DNA of 64,000 nt from an uncultured Phycisphaerales bacterium (GTDB lineage Bacteria > Planctomycetota > Phycisphaerae > Tepidisphaerales > Tepidisphaeraceae), in contig CAVWLP010000002.1 in the NCBI GenBank assembly GCA_963755915.1, positions 2,880,001 through 2,944,000 on the forward strand, in the 5' to 3' direction. The notes beneath the pieces are model-generated. The model saw nothing but the letters and a program-made list of their open reading frames with translations, was not told where the DNA came from and did no database searches. Below are positions 11,636 to 22,277 of the stretch, in pieces; position 1 is the stretch's first letter, and each line of letters begins with the position of its first letter. The position numbers and the translations under genes were made by a program.

Positions 11636-12679
11636 ATGCGAATTCTCGCTTTGGACCTGGGAAAGAACAAGAGCGTTTTTGTGGATTATGTCACCGGCGG
11701 TGGAGAAAGAACGTTCGGCAAGATCGGCACCAATGCCCACGAGGTGCAAAAACTACTCGAGCGGGTGCGTCCGGATCGACTGGTCATCGAGGCCGGTCCG
11801 GCGGCAGGATGGGTTTGTGATCTGGCGGAGCGGAACAATGTTCCCGTCCAGGTGGCCAATGGCAACGATGAACGCTGGCGCTGGAAGACGGTGAAGGAGA
11901 AGAGTGATCGTAAAGACGCGCTGAAGATGGCGGCGATGTCGGAGATGGATTCGCTGCCGACGGTGCACGTGCCCAAGGCATCGGTTCGGCAGTGGCGTTC
12001 ATTGATTGAATACAGACACGGCCTGGTGGATCGCCGCACGGCGCTCAAGAACTCGATCCGATCAATCTACGAGCGGCAGGGTTTGTATTTGCCCTCGGCG
12101 ACCAAGGCGTGGACGAAAGCGCGACTGGAGGAAATGAGGAAGGAAGCAGCGGCCGCATCGGTGGAAGATCTGTGGCTGTTTCAGATCGGTTGTGAGGTGG
12201 CGCAACTGGAGCACCTGGAGAAGCAGATCGAAACTGTCGAAAGCAAGCTTCAGGAGTTGGGCCAGGCCAACAAAGCGGTGAAACGATTGCAGGAGGTGCC
12301 CGGCGTTGGTCCGCGGCTGAGCGAGGCGGTGGCGGTGATCATTGATGATCCCAGGCGATTCAAGAATGCACGTCAGGTGGGATGTTACGTGGGTCTGACG
12401 CCGCGGCGCTGGCAGAGCGGCGACAGCGATCGCCAGGGGCGGATCAGCAAGGCAGGCAACGCGCTGCTGCGGGAGTTGCTGGTGGAGGTGGCGTGGCTGG
12501 GGGTTCATCGCAATACGTGGATGAAGGACGTGTACGAGAGGGTTCTACGTGACAGCGAGAAGCGCAAGAAGATCGCGATTGTTGCGGTAGCCAGGAGATT
12601 ACTGGTGAAGCTGTGGGCGATGCTGCGGGACGGAACCCGATGGAGAGAACCCCAGCGATCGCTGACGGCGGCCACTTGA
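11636..12679 (+). CDS. IS110 DEDD recombinase/transposase
   Basis: ILALDLGK, VIEAG, KSDRKDA (RuvC-like DEDD), VPGVGP, YVGLTP..QSG...GRISKAGN, AIVAVARRL. Confidence 0.93.
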   Translation: MRILALDLGKNKSVFVDYVTGGGERTFGKIGTNAHEVQKLLERVRPDRLVIEAGPAAGWVCDLAERNNVPVQVANGNDERWRWKTVKEKSDRKDALKMAAMSEMDSLPTVHVPKASVRQWRSLIEYRHGLVDRRTALKNSIRSIYERQGLYLPSATKAWTKARLEEMRKEAAAASVEDLWLFQIGCEVAQLEHLEKQIETVESKLQELGQANKAVKRLQEVPGVGPRLSEAVAVIIDDPRRFKNARQVGCYVGLTPRRWQSGDSDRQGRISKAGNALLRELLVEVAWLGVHRNTWMKDVYERVLRDSEKRKKIAIVAVARRLLVKLWAMLRDGTRWREPQRSLTAAT

Positions 12680-12985
12680 AAATCGAAAAGGCGATGACTG
12701 TCCCGACAAGTCGGTACAGGCGATGGAGTATCTCCCCTCCGGAAGACACCGTGTCAGAAAGCCGTTGTCTTCTGTGCAGGGGATTGAGTAGAGTTGAAGT
12801 GAAGTGGAATTGACGCGTTCGTGCAGGTTGAATGAGCAAGGCCAGACCCCGGTTGGCGTCTTAAGCTTCAAAGCTTGCCGCTAAGAATAGGGCTGGCCAT
12901 TTGTACAGTTGAATAGGCCCGCCGCCAGGCGAGAGCACTGAATAGAAGGCTCACCCAATCGACCGCATGAGCGATCAACGCCCCT
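12680..12985 (+). ncRNA. Putative bridge/seek RNA in the IS110 3' non-coding end (boundaries approximate)
   Basis: Stem GGCCAG/CTGGCC (12840-12898) encloses TTGGCGTCTT and GCCGCTAAGA, which match the two sides of the insertion site, separated by an AAGCT-TCAA-AGCTT hairpin. Confidence 0.7.
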
Positions 12986-13083
12986 TGACAAGGCTCGGCT
13001 CATAGAAGACGCCAAGAGCGCCAAGAAAATGCAACGGGGCGAATTCAAATCGCTCTCGCGAGGAACCACCGAACTGATTTTCC

Positions 13084-14747
13084 TTAAGTTGTCCTGGAAA
13101 TCTTCAAACCACACGCAAATTCATTGGGCGTTCGATCCGGCATCGTGACCACAAGCGCATTCTCATCCCGCGAAAACCCAACCGCCCCAACGCCCAGCAA
13201 TTCCACTCCCCCAACCTGCCACGGATAAACCCGCGACCCCGCCGCCAGCGTCTTGATCCTGATCTTCCCATCCGCCGGCCACCCCAGCGCAAACGCGTAT
13301 AGCGTCTCCCCGTTTGTGGTAAAACGAATGTCCTCGGCGGTATAAGCCCGCATCGACTTCTCGTTGAAATTCCCCGACCCTTTCACATCCGGCGGCCCCT
13401 CCCCAAAAACCGAAAATGGCCGCGACCCGAAAATCCCCTCGCTATTGGCCGGCATCCACGAAGCCAGTTCCGCCAGAACTTTCCGCTCATCCTCGTCAAT
13501 CGTCCCGTCCCCGCGCACCGGAATGTTCAGTAGCAAATTCCCATTCTTGCTCACAATATCGATAAGCATCGCGATGACGGTCTTCGCCGTCTTATATCGA
13601 TGCTGCTCAAACAGCGACCGCTGATAATGCCAGCTTCCAATGCACGTATCCGTCTGCCACGCATTCGGCAGAATGTGATCCGCACGCCCGCGCTCGATAT
13701 CCAGCACCATCGTCCCGATATGATCCGGCACCAGCCGCTTGGAAGTGAGCACCGCCTGGAGCGATCCATGCCGCGCAATATTTGAATTGTAATAGTGTGC
13801 CGCGATATCCAGCCCCGCCTGGAGCAGCGGTAGCTCCGAGTCGTCAAAATAAAGCAGATCCGGCTCATACCCATCCACCAGATCCTGGCACCGCAAAAAC
13901 CATTTGTTCGCGAAATCCGGATACCTCGCCGGCGGTTGCTCGCTCCACAACTGATCGTGGCTCTGATGCCACGCCCTCATCTCCGCGATCGAGGTGATCC
14001 CATCCGGCAGCACAAACGACGGCCCGACATACAGCTCCTGCGGGTCCATCCCCTCCCACCATTTCCCCTTCCCATCTTCCTTTCTTAGCGTATACGCGTC
14101 ATACCGAACCCCCGCCATGTCGCCCACCGGATCGTACCCATACGCCGTCTGGAACCAGTGCCACGCGTGCGCGCTGTGATTGGTCACCCCGAATTTCAAT
14201 CCCCGCTGCCGCGCCGTCGTCGCCCAAATCCCCACGATGTCGCACCGCGGTCCCACGTTCACCGAGTTCCACGCGTGAAATCTCGAGTCATAGCAATCGA
14301 AGTTGTCGTGATGGTTCGCCAGCGCCACGAAATATTTCGCCCCCGCCTTCACGTACAGATCCATCAGCGCATTGGGGTCCCAGTTCCCCGCCGACCACAG
14401 CCGGTCGATTTCCATGAACCCCACTTTCGATGGATGCCCATAGTGCGCCACGTGGTACTTGTTATGCGGATGCCCCTGGATATACATCTGCCGCGCATAC
14501 CAGTCCCCCTGTTCCGGCACGCACTGCGCCGTCCAGTGCGCCCAGATCCCAAACTTCGCATCGCGAAACCACTCCGGCATCTATATTGATGCAGCGAATC
14601 CCAGTTCGCCTCAAACGGCCCCGGCGCGATCAAGCGCGCCGCTTGCGAGGTTGCCGTCTGGCCGCGAAGTGGCTTCACGCTCGATAGATAAATCGCCGGA
14701 ACCACCCCTCCCAGCATCTTGATCATTTTCCTCCGCGAGATCTTCAT
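13084..14747 (-). CDS. GH29 alpha-L-fucosidase with Tat-like signal, frameshift near 14583
   Basis: MKISRRK N-terminus, PEWFRDAKFGIWAHW, HHDNF, LLYFD, DIVSKNGNLLLN. Confidence 0.88.
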
Positions 14748-14831
14748 AGGCCCAATAGAATAGTTGCCGCTGCGATTTGCACAATATTTCCTGCGCCCAC
14801 GCTATAATCCCGCCGCAACCCGGGATCGCCG

Positions 14832-15640
14832 ATGACCGAACAGGAAATTCAACAATTCTTACAAGACACCTACAACCGCCAGCGCAAATTCGAGCAGCGC
14901 CTTATCGGAATCCAGCAATCGATCGCCGCACTCGAGGCCGACTCAATCCTCAGGGCCGCCGGCCGGTCGCCTCGAATGCCGATCGAATTCACCGCGCAGT
15001 TCGGCGAAGACATGTTCGCCTGGAAATTGCTCGGCCGAAGCCCCAGCGGTTTTTTCATCGAAGCCGGCGCATTCGACGGCTACCATTTCTCAACAACCTA
15101 TGCCCTCGAGGCGATGGGTTGGAACGGCCTGCTTGTCGAGGCCATTCCCGATCGCTGCCGCGAGTGCGCCGCCCGCCGGCCCCACAGCCGCGTTGTCAAC
15201 GCCGCACTCTCTTCTTCAAGCGCCACCGGCGACGCCGATTTCTGGATCGTCGACGATCAATACGGCGGGATGCTCTCCTATAGCACCCTCACCCCCCAGC
15301 ACGACGCCGATGTCGGCACAAGGACACGCACCAAAGTCAGCGTCCCCCGCGCCACGCTCGACCAGCTCCTCGCCGATCACGAGGGCTCGATCGACCTTGT
15401 GGTTCTCGATCTTGAAGGCGACGAGCTTTCAGCCCTCCACGGCTTCGATATCCAGCGCTGGCGCCGCGCATTTTGATGATCGAGGACAACTCCCGTGGCC
15501 AGAACCAGGCGCTGAAGGATTTCATGCAAAACTGCGGCTACCAGTTAAGCATCCGGCTTGCCGTTAACGAAATCTATATACGCCGCGACCAGGCCGCGCT
15601 ATTCGAGCAGCTAAAGTGGATCATCTTAAAAGAGGGCTAA
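14832..15640 (+). CDS. FkbM family methyltransferase, frameshift near 15465
   Basis: QFGED, FFIEAGAFDG, GWNGLLVEA, IDLVVLDLEGDE. The other frame continues ILMIED to TAA at 15640. Confidence 0.8.
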
Positions 15641-15802
15641 AGCCGCGCAGTCCTTAAAACTTACCCCGCCCAGCAAATACGCCATTCTGCCGCCCCATTT
15701 TATCGGCACGCTGCCCCATAAAATTGCCGCCCCACATCCCTCGCCCATCTGTTATAATTGCCCTGAATTCCATTCGGCACCGAATTGTGGAGAGGGAAAT
15801 AA

Positions 15803-18800
15803 ATGCAACGACCCGGTCCAAACTATCAACGCGCCAAACGCCTGTCCCACGCCGTCCTCGAAGCCCTCGAGCCACGCCGGCTCCTCTCCACCGACATCGT
15901 CACCAATCTCGCTGACAGCGGCGCAGGCTCCCTCCGCCAGACCCTCGCCAGCGCCGCCCCCGGCGACACCGTTCAATTCGCCTCCGGCCTCACCGGCACC
16001 CTCACCCTCACCAGCGGCGAACTCAACCTCAATCAAAACGTCACCATCACCGGCCCCGGCACGTCCAGCCTCAGCATCAGCGGTGGAAACAACTCCACCG
16101 TCTTCAACGTCTCCGCCGGCGTATCCGCCTCCATCTCCGGCCTCACCATCACCGAAGGCTTCGCCGGCCCCCGCGGCGACGGGGGCGACATCGACAACAC
16201 CGGAACCCTCTCCCTCTCCTCCGTCAACGTAAACCTCGGATCCGCCGAGCTCGGCGGTGGCCTCTACAACGCCGGCTCCGTCATCATCACCAACTCCGTC
16301 TTCTCCTCCAACACCGCCGGCCAACTCGGCGGCGCCATCCTCAATGCCGCCAATGGAATCATCACCGCCACCGGCGCTACCTTCACCTCAAACTCCACCG
16401 TCCAGGAAGCCGGTGGCGCGATCTGCAACGAAAACGCCACCCTCTCCCTTACCAACTCCACCCTCACCGCCAACACCTCCGGAACCTATGGCGGCGCCAT
16501 CTCCAACTTCGCCCTCGGCACTCTCATCATCAACAACAGCACCCTCTCCAACAACACCGCCGACCTCTGGGGTGGCGCTATTTTCAATTTCACCGCCGCC
16601 TCCCTCACCATCACCAACGCCACCATCTCCAATAACAAGGCCGACGACATCTTCGGCGGCGGTATCTACAACTATCAGGGCACCGCCGACATCACCGGCG
16701 CTGTCCTCTCCAACAACACCAGCGACTACGGCGGCGGCGCTATCGCCAGCTTCCTCGGCACACTCGCCGTCTCCGGTTGCACCATCTCCAATAACGGCAA
16801 CTCCACCACCCAAACCATCGGCGGTGGCATCTACACCCTCGACTACGCCGCCTCCATCACCAACTCCACCATCTCCGGAAACAAGTCCCAGTACGGCGCC
16901 GGCGTCTTCGAAGACGGCAGCGGAAGCCTCGTCATCTCCGGAACAACCCTCTCCAGCAATATCGCCAGCCAATCCGGCGGCGCCGGATACATCGACGGCA
17001 CCCTCTACATCGACAACTCCACCATCGCCTCCAACCAGGCCACCTACGGCGCCGGTCTCATGGCCATCGGAACCATCACCGCCGCCAACGTCACCATCGC
17101 CAGCAATCTCGCCGGACTCAGCGCCGGCGGCATCTACATCAACTCCGGCGACACCACCATCTACAACTCCATCGTCGCCAACAACACCCTCAGCAACGGC
17201 AAAACCGCCAGCAACATCGTCAACACCCTCGACGCCAGCCTCGCCAGCGGCGAGACCGCCAGCTCCTACAACCTCGTCGGCTCCGGTGGCACAGGTGGCC
17301 TCACCAACGGCACCCGCGGAAACATCGTCGGCGCTAACCCCTTGCTCGGTGCGCTCCAAAACAACGGCGGCCCCACGAATACCATGGCCATCCCCAGCAA
17401 CAGCCCCGCCATCAACACCGGCAGCGTCACCTTCGCCAAGTCTTACACGGGCGCCGCCCTCACCACCGACCAGCGCGGCTCCGGATTTCCGCGCACCATA
17501 GGCAGCACTGTCGACATCGGCGCTTACGAATACGAAGGCTCCTCCCCCAGCGTCAGCGGCCCAATCGTCGGCCAGAATTCACCCGCCGTCTCCGGCGCAA
17601 AAATCCCCGGCCCTCCCGCTCCCCCCGGCAGCGGTTCCGCCACCCCCTCCTTCGAAATCGATCCAGACGTTTCCCCCGCGACGGGCGCCTACACGCCCAC
17701 CGAAGTCCGCGACGCCTACGGCGTCAACGACATCCTCTTCAACGGCGTCACCGGCAACGGCAGCGGCGAAACCATCGCCATCGTCGACGCCTATAACGAC
17801 CCGGATATCATGTCGGATGCCAACACCTTCAGCTCCGACTTCGGCCTCCCCACCTTCAACTCCGGCGGCCCCACCTTGCAGGTCCTGAACCAAACCGGCG
17901 GCGCCACGCTCCCCACGAATTCCGTCCCCGGCCAGTGGGACGTCGAAGAATCTCTCGACGTCGAATGGGCCCACGCCATCGCCCCCGACGCCAACATCAT
18001 CCTTTTCGAGGCCAACAGCGCCAGCGACACCGATCTTTTTACCGCCATCGCCACGGCCGCCGACTGGACCGGCGTCTCCGTCGTCTCCATGAGCTTCAAC
18101 TCCTACGAACTCTACAACGTCTACGGCGGTGTCGAAGAAACCAGCACCGACTCCACCTTCACCACACCCACCGGCCACCAGGGAGTCACCTTCCTCGGCG
18201 CCGCCGGCGACCAGGGCGCGCCCGCCGTCGGCTATCCATCCCTTTCTCCCAACGTCATCAGCGTCGGTGGAACCTCTCTCCTCGTCGGCACCGACGACAG
18301 CTACCTCGGAGAGTCCGCCTGGTCCGGCGGTGGCGGCGGAATCAGCCTCCAGGAATCCCTTCCTTCCTACCAGATCCCCGACGCACTCAACTGGAGCTTC
18401 GTCGCCCGCACCGGCCCCGATGTCTCTATGGACGCCGACCCCGAAACCGGTGTCCTCGTCGTCGACTCCTTCGACGGTGGCTCCTTCCAGATCGGTGGCA
18501 CGAGCTTGGCCACCCCCATGTGGGCCGCTCTCATCGCCATCGTCAATCAGGGCCGCGCCCTCAAAGGCGAAACCTCCCTCGACGGCGCCAGCCAAACGCT
18601 CCCCATGCTCTACGGCCTCCCCAGCACCGACTTCCACGACATCACCACCGGCAACAACGGCTACCCCGCCGTCACCGGCTACGACCTCGCCACCGGCCTC
18701 GGCTCTCCCATCGCCAATCTCCTCGTCCCCAACCTCGCCGGCTACGACGGCACCGCCGTCTGGACCGGCCTCGTCTCCAACAACTGGTTCGTCGCCGACA

Positions 18801-19594
18801 ACTGGAACACCTTCTCCGTCCCCAACAGCACCACGGATGTGATCATCAATTTCGGCAACCCCACCGCCGCCACCCCCATCGACGTCGCCGCCCTCACCAT
18901 CAACGGCGGCACCCTCCAACTCGCCACCGGCGGTGGCTCCTCCACCGTCGCCTCCGTGACAATAGACGGCAACGGCATTCTCGACCTCACCAACAACAAG
19001 CTCTTCATCGACTACGGCTCCACGTCCGACCCCATCGCCAGCATCTACACCTGGCTGACCACCGGCTATAACAACGGCGCCTGGAACGGCCCCGGCATCG
19101 ACTCCTCCGCCGCCGCCCAAAATCCCTCCTACGCCCTGGGCTTCGCCGACGGCGCCGACAACGTCGTCTCCGGACTCGCCGCCGGCGAGATCGAAATCGC
19201 CTTTACGCTCTACGGCGACGCCAACCTCGACGGCACCGTCAACGGCTCCGATTTCTCCATCCTCGCCGCCAATTTCGGCATGGGTACCACCGACTGGGAC
19301 GAAGGAAATTTCCGCTATAACGGCGTCGTCAACGGCTCCGACTTCTCCGCCCTCGCCGTCAACTTCGGCCTCGCTGCCTCCCAGGCCGCCGTCTCCCTTC
19401 CGGTCTTCGCCGCGGCCGCGTCCACTACGTCGACCGACGATTCGACAACGCTTAAGCTTCTCACGCCATCAAAGAATATCTCCGGCGGCGTGATGGCCCG
19501 GCTCGCCGCCGATCCGCCCGTCAAGACAACGCCTCCGCCGAAATCCCCAAAACAAAATCGCCCGGCCTTTTTCACTCTTGCTGTCCGCCGATGA
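15803..19594 (+). CDS. Large exported protein: LEPRxLL motif, GGAI beta-helix/choice-of-anchor Q region, S53 (sedolisin/kumamolisin) peptidase domain, C-terminal dockerin-like module
   Basis: EALEPRRLLS; repeated GGAIxN; NGGPTNT and DQRG...DIGAYE; EESLDVEW, AAGDQG, GGTSLATP; GDANLDGTVNGSDF. Confidence 0.85.
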   Translation: MQRPGPNYQRAKRLSHAVLEALEPRRLLSTDIVTNLADSGAGSLRQTLASAAPGDTVQFASGLTGTLTLTSGELNLNQNVTITGPGTSSLSISGGNNSTVFNVSAGVSASISGLTITEGFAGPRGDGGDIDNTGTLSLSSVNVNLGSAELGGGLYNAGSVIITNSVFSSNTAGQLGGAILNAANGIITATGATFTSNSTVQEAGGAICNENATLSLTNSTLTANTSGTYGGAISNFALGTLIINNSTLSNNTADLWGGAIFNFTAASLTITNATISNNKADDIFGGGIYNYQGTADITGAVLSNNTSDYGGGAIASFLGTLAVSGCTISNNGNSTTQTIGGGIYTLDYAASITNSTISGNKSQYGAGVFEDGSGSLVISGTTLSSNIASQSGGAGYIDGTLYIDNSTIASNQATYGAGLMAIGTITAANVTIASNLAGLSAGGIYINSGDTTIYNSIVANNTLSNGKTASNIVNTLDASLASGETASSYNLVGSGGTGGLTNGTRGNIVGANPLLGALQNNGGPTNTMAIPSNSPAINTGSVTFAKSYTGAALTTDQRGSGFPRTIGSTVDIGAYEYEGSSPSVSGPIVGQNSPAVSGAKIPGPPAPPGSGSATPSFEIDPDVSPATGAYTPTEVRDAYGVNDILFNGVTGNGSGETIAIVDAYNDPDIMSDANTFSSDFGLPTFNSGGPTLQVLNQTGGATLPTNSVPGQWDVEESLDVEWAHAIAPDANIILFEANSASDTDLFTAIATAADWTGVSVVSMSFNSYELYNVYGGVEETSTDSTFTTPTGHQGVTFLGAAGDQGAPAVGYPSLSPNVISVGGTSLLVGTDDSYLGESAWSGGGGGISLQESLPSYQIPDALNWSFVARTGPDVSMDADPETGVLVVDSFDGGSFQIGGTSLATPMWAALIAIVNQGRALKGETSLDGASQTLPMLYGLPSTDFHDITTGNNGYPAVTGYDLATGLGSPIANLLVPNLAGYDGTAVWTGLVSNNWFVADNWNTFSVPNSTTDVIINFGNPTAATPIDVAALTINGGTLQLATGGGSSTVASVTIDGNGILDLTNNKLFIDYGSTSDPIASIYTWLTTGYNNGAWNGPGIDSSAAAQNPSYALGFADGADNVVSGLAAGEIEIAFTLYGDANLDGTVNGSDFSILAANFGMGTTDWDEGNFRYNGVVNGSDFSALAVNFGLAASQAAVSLPVFAAAASTTSTDDSTTLKLLTPSKNISGGVMARLAADPPVKTTPPPKSPKQNRPAFFTLAVRR

Positions 19595-20755
19595 TTTTTT
19601 GTACGCAGCCCCTTCGGTACAAAAGGTTAATCCCGTTCGGCACGCAGGCTTCATCGGAGCATTCCAAAGCTGTGGAGGACGCGAAACAATTGAAGCTTAG
19701 ATACTTTTACTTTCCCCTGCTGCACGCCGGCGTCCGCAAGAGCGCAGCATCAACCGCGAGGTCTCCGCGGCGACGGATTCCCCTTCAGTTTACTCCCAGT
19801 TTTTTCAAGGCCTCCGCTCTTGCCCTCAGCTTAATCCCGGTGTTATCCGGCTTGTTCAGGAATCGAAGCACGTCCTGTTCCTCGGCCAGCCCCAGCAGAT
19901 ACCAGCCGATCATGTTCCGCATCGCCTTGTTCGGCTTCCTGCCGCTGATCAGCTGAATCAGCACGCAGACGATCAGCGCGCAGTGGATTTGGATGTCGAT
20001 CCCCTCCTGGCGTTGGCTCAGCAGGTGACGCATGCCCAGCAGTTGCTTGAAGATCCGGAAGAACAACTCAACGGTGTAGCGGTACAGATAAATCAGGGCG
20101 ATCAATTCCGCCGGCAGGTCCAGCAGGTTCGTGTACAGGATGATCAGGTCCGTCGGCTTGTTGCCGCTGCGCGTGCGGCGCGGATGGGGTTTCACCTGCA
20201 CTTCCACCCGTCGCACCACCCTATCCGCCGCCGTCTCCAGGCCGTCGAGTTTCACCAGCGCGTCTCGCACCACGCCGCCGTCCAATGCTTCCTGTGAAAG
20301 CAATCGTTCTTCAAACAGCTCAAACACCGAGTTTTCCGCGGCCCGCATCACAAAGGAGCTTTGCGCCGCGGCGATGTCCGCAAAGAGGCTCCGGTCGGCG
20401 TAGCCGCCGTCTCCTACATAGCACCGTCCTGCTTCCAGGCTGCGCCGCAGGACGTTGTTTTCACGGTTGGCCCCCGCGTTGCGAGCGCCAGTGCGGTCGA
20501 GGCGATGGACTTTGAACGTCTCCAGATCGAATTGAACGTGCAAACGCCAGCCATAGACCGCTTTCCCGTCCCGGGAGGTGTTGTAGTGCGCATCGATGCC
20601 GCAAGCGGATTTGGCCAGCCGACTCAGCGCCGTCAGCACCGTCCCGTCGACCAGCGTGATCGCCTGCCCAAAGTCCGCAAGACGCGGATCGGCGCCTGGG
20701 GCAGTTCCCCCGCCAATTCCTCAATCAGCGGCGTCAAACGCCCCGGCTCGAACAC

Positions 20756-22277
20756 CAATATTGTCCGGGACTTCCGCGTCTTAGAGCTGGGATTTTTCGG
20801 GTTTTCACTCGAAAGGCTGTGTTGCCTCGATGGGCAACGGCGTGGAAGGTTCAGCGCTGCTCCTGCAGCGCATGCCGCGGCGTTCACCGGCGGCCGGACA
20901 ACAAAAACCCCCGGTGACTTACTTGACGATTTTTTCAGCCTTCTTCCGTGCCACACGCTGACGCTGCAGCTCGCATTCCCGTTCTCGGCGCTGCAGGATG
21001 GGAATAATCTCTTGCAACGTGGCCCCTCCCGCGGCGACCAGGCTCAGCATCGCGTAGGCATATTTGCTCACCGGACGCTGCGTGTGCAGATAGATCAACA
21101 GCACCCCGATGACCGCGATGTAGAACCCGGTGGTGACGCCGTTTTTGCTGTGGCTGGTGAGATGGCGGAAGTGGGCGTGCACTTTCAGCCAGCGGAAAAA
21201 CAGCTCGATCTTCCATCGCCAGCGGTAGAGCAGACCGATGACATGGGCGGGAATGTTAAGAAGATTGGTCAGCAGCCGCAGGGGCCTGTCGGGTTTGTCC
21301 GGGTCGAAGATCGTCACTTCCCGAAGCCATTTTCCCGCCGGAGGAGCAAAGCGTGGCCCTTCTGAGCCCAGGTATCCGATCCGGTCGCTGAGAATGCCGG
21401 CAGCGCGGTCTTCATCGCTCAGCGGCAGGGACTTGGGGGTCAAGTCATTGTTTTCGATGGGAATGAAATAGTTGTTTGACTTGAGCCGGAGCACAAAATC
21501 GCTGCAGGCATGTACGATCCGCTCCAGCAGCTCGAAACAGACGTAGCCGCGGTCCATGACGTAAATCTGTCCCGGCTCCAGGGACTGCATCAGCGCCTGC
21601 GCCTCGGAGCATCCCGCGCCGCTGATCGTCACTCCCTCGGGAACCCCCACGCCCGCCGCCCATTGAAGATTCAGGCGAATCGTGTCCATGGGCTTTCCGT
21701 TGGGTCGACTTTGATGCAGCGCCCAGGCCACGTCGGCGGCAACGGTGAACAGCGACCCATCCACCACCCGTACCCGCTCGGTCAACTCCGCCAGCTTCGG
21801 ATCGCCGTGACGCAGGTGCGGCAGCCGCGCCCGCAACTCCTCGATGATCGGCTCCAGCAGCGTCGGATCGAACAGGGCGTTGGCATCGGAAAGCGTGGAA
21901 CGCGGCAGGCGATCGACCGAAAGCTGCTCCTGCATCTGCTCGGTCTGGCTGAAATCCTCCATCGTCCGCAGGCTGCGAATCGCCGGCGTGAAAAACGCCA
22001 GCAGATAGGCAAGGGTCACATCGTCATAAAAAAGCGTGCGATTGGGGTGGGGATGCGCCGCCCGCAGGCGGGCCAGATGATCCTGCAAAATACCGACGTA
22101 CTTGCCGCCGAACAAATCCTCCCCCCGCACCGCCGGCCGCGGCTTTCGTCCCGGCTTGGCGGGCAATCCAGAAGCTGGGCAAAGGTCCGCGTGCACGTGG
22201 CGGCAGTGAACCACAAAACGCTGCTTCGCGAGGCGCAAGATCGTGTTATTTGTGAGCCTGCGTTCCGGACACTATTG
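20756..22277 (-). mobile_element. IS4 family element (inner)
   Basis: IRs CAATATTGTCCGGGA / CAATAGTGTCCGGAA. 9-bp direct repeat CTCGAACAC at 20747-20755 and 22278-22286. Confidence 0.92.
20919..22238 (-). CDS. IS4 family DDE transposase (start codon uncertain)
   Basis: VVDGS, YVMDRGY, LYRWRWKIELFFRWLK. Confidence 0.9.
   Translation of the reverse strand: MRLAKQRFVVHCRHVHADLCPASGLPAKPGRKPRPAVRGEDLFGGKYVGILQDHLARLRAAHPHPNRTLFYDDVTLAYLLAFFTPAIRSLRTMEDFSQTEQMQEQLSVDRLPRSTLSDANALFDPTLLEPIIEELRARLPHLRHGDPKLAELTERVRVVDGSLFTVAADVAWALHQSRPNGKPMDTIRLNLQWAAGVGVPEGVTISGAGCSEAQALMQSLEPGQIYVMDRGYVCFELLERIVHACSDFVLRLKSNNYFIPIENNDLTPKSLPLSDEDRAAGILSDRIGYLGSEGPRFAPPAGKWLREVTIFDPDKPDRPLRLLTNLLNIPAHVIGLLYRWRWKIELFFRWLKVHAHFRHLTSHSKNGVTTGFYIAVIGVLLIYLHTQRPVSKYAYAMLSLVAAGGATLQEIIPILQRRERECELQRQRVARKKAEKIVK

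Larger units (their letters stand above)
11525..13009 (+). mobile_element. IS110 family element, IS1111-like (long 3' non-coding end, subterminal inverted repeats)
   Basis: Subterminal IRs CTATGAAGCCGAGCCTT (11527-11543) and AAGGCTCGGCTCATAG (12990-13005). AAGA core on both sides (11521-11524, 13006-13009). Flanks rejoin into a palindrome. Confidence 0.88.
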
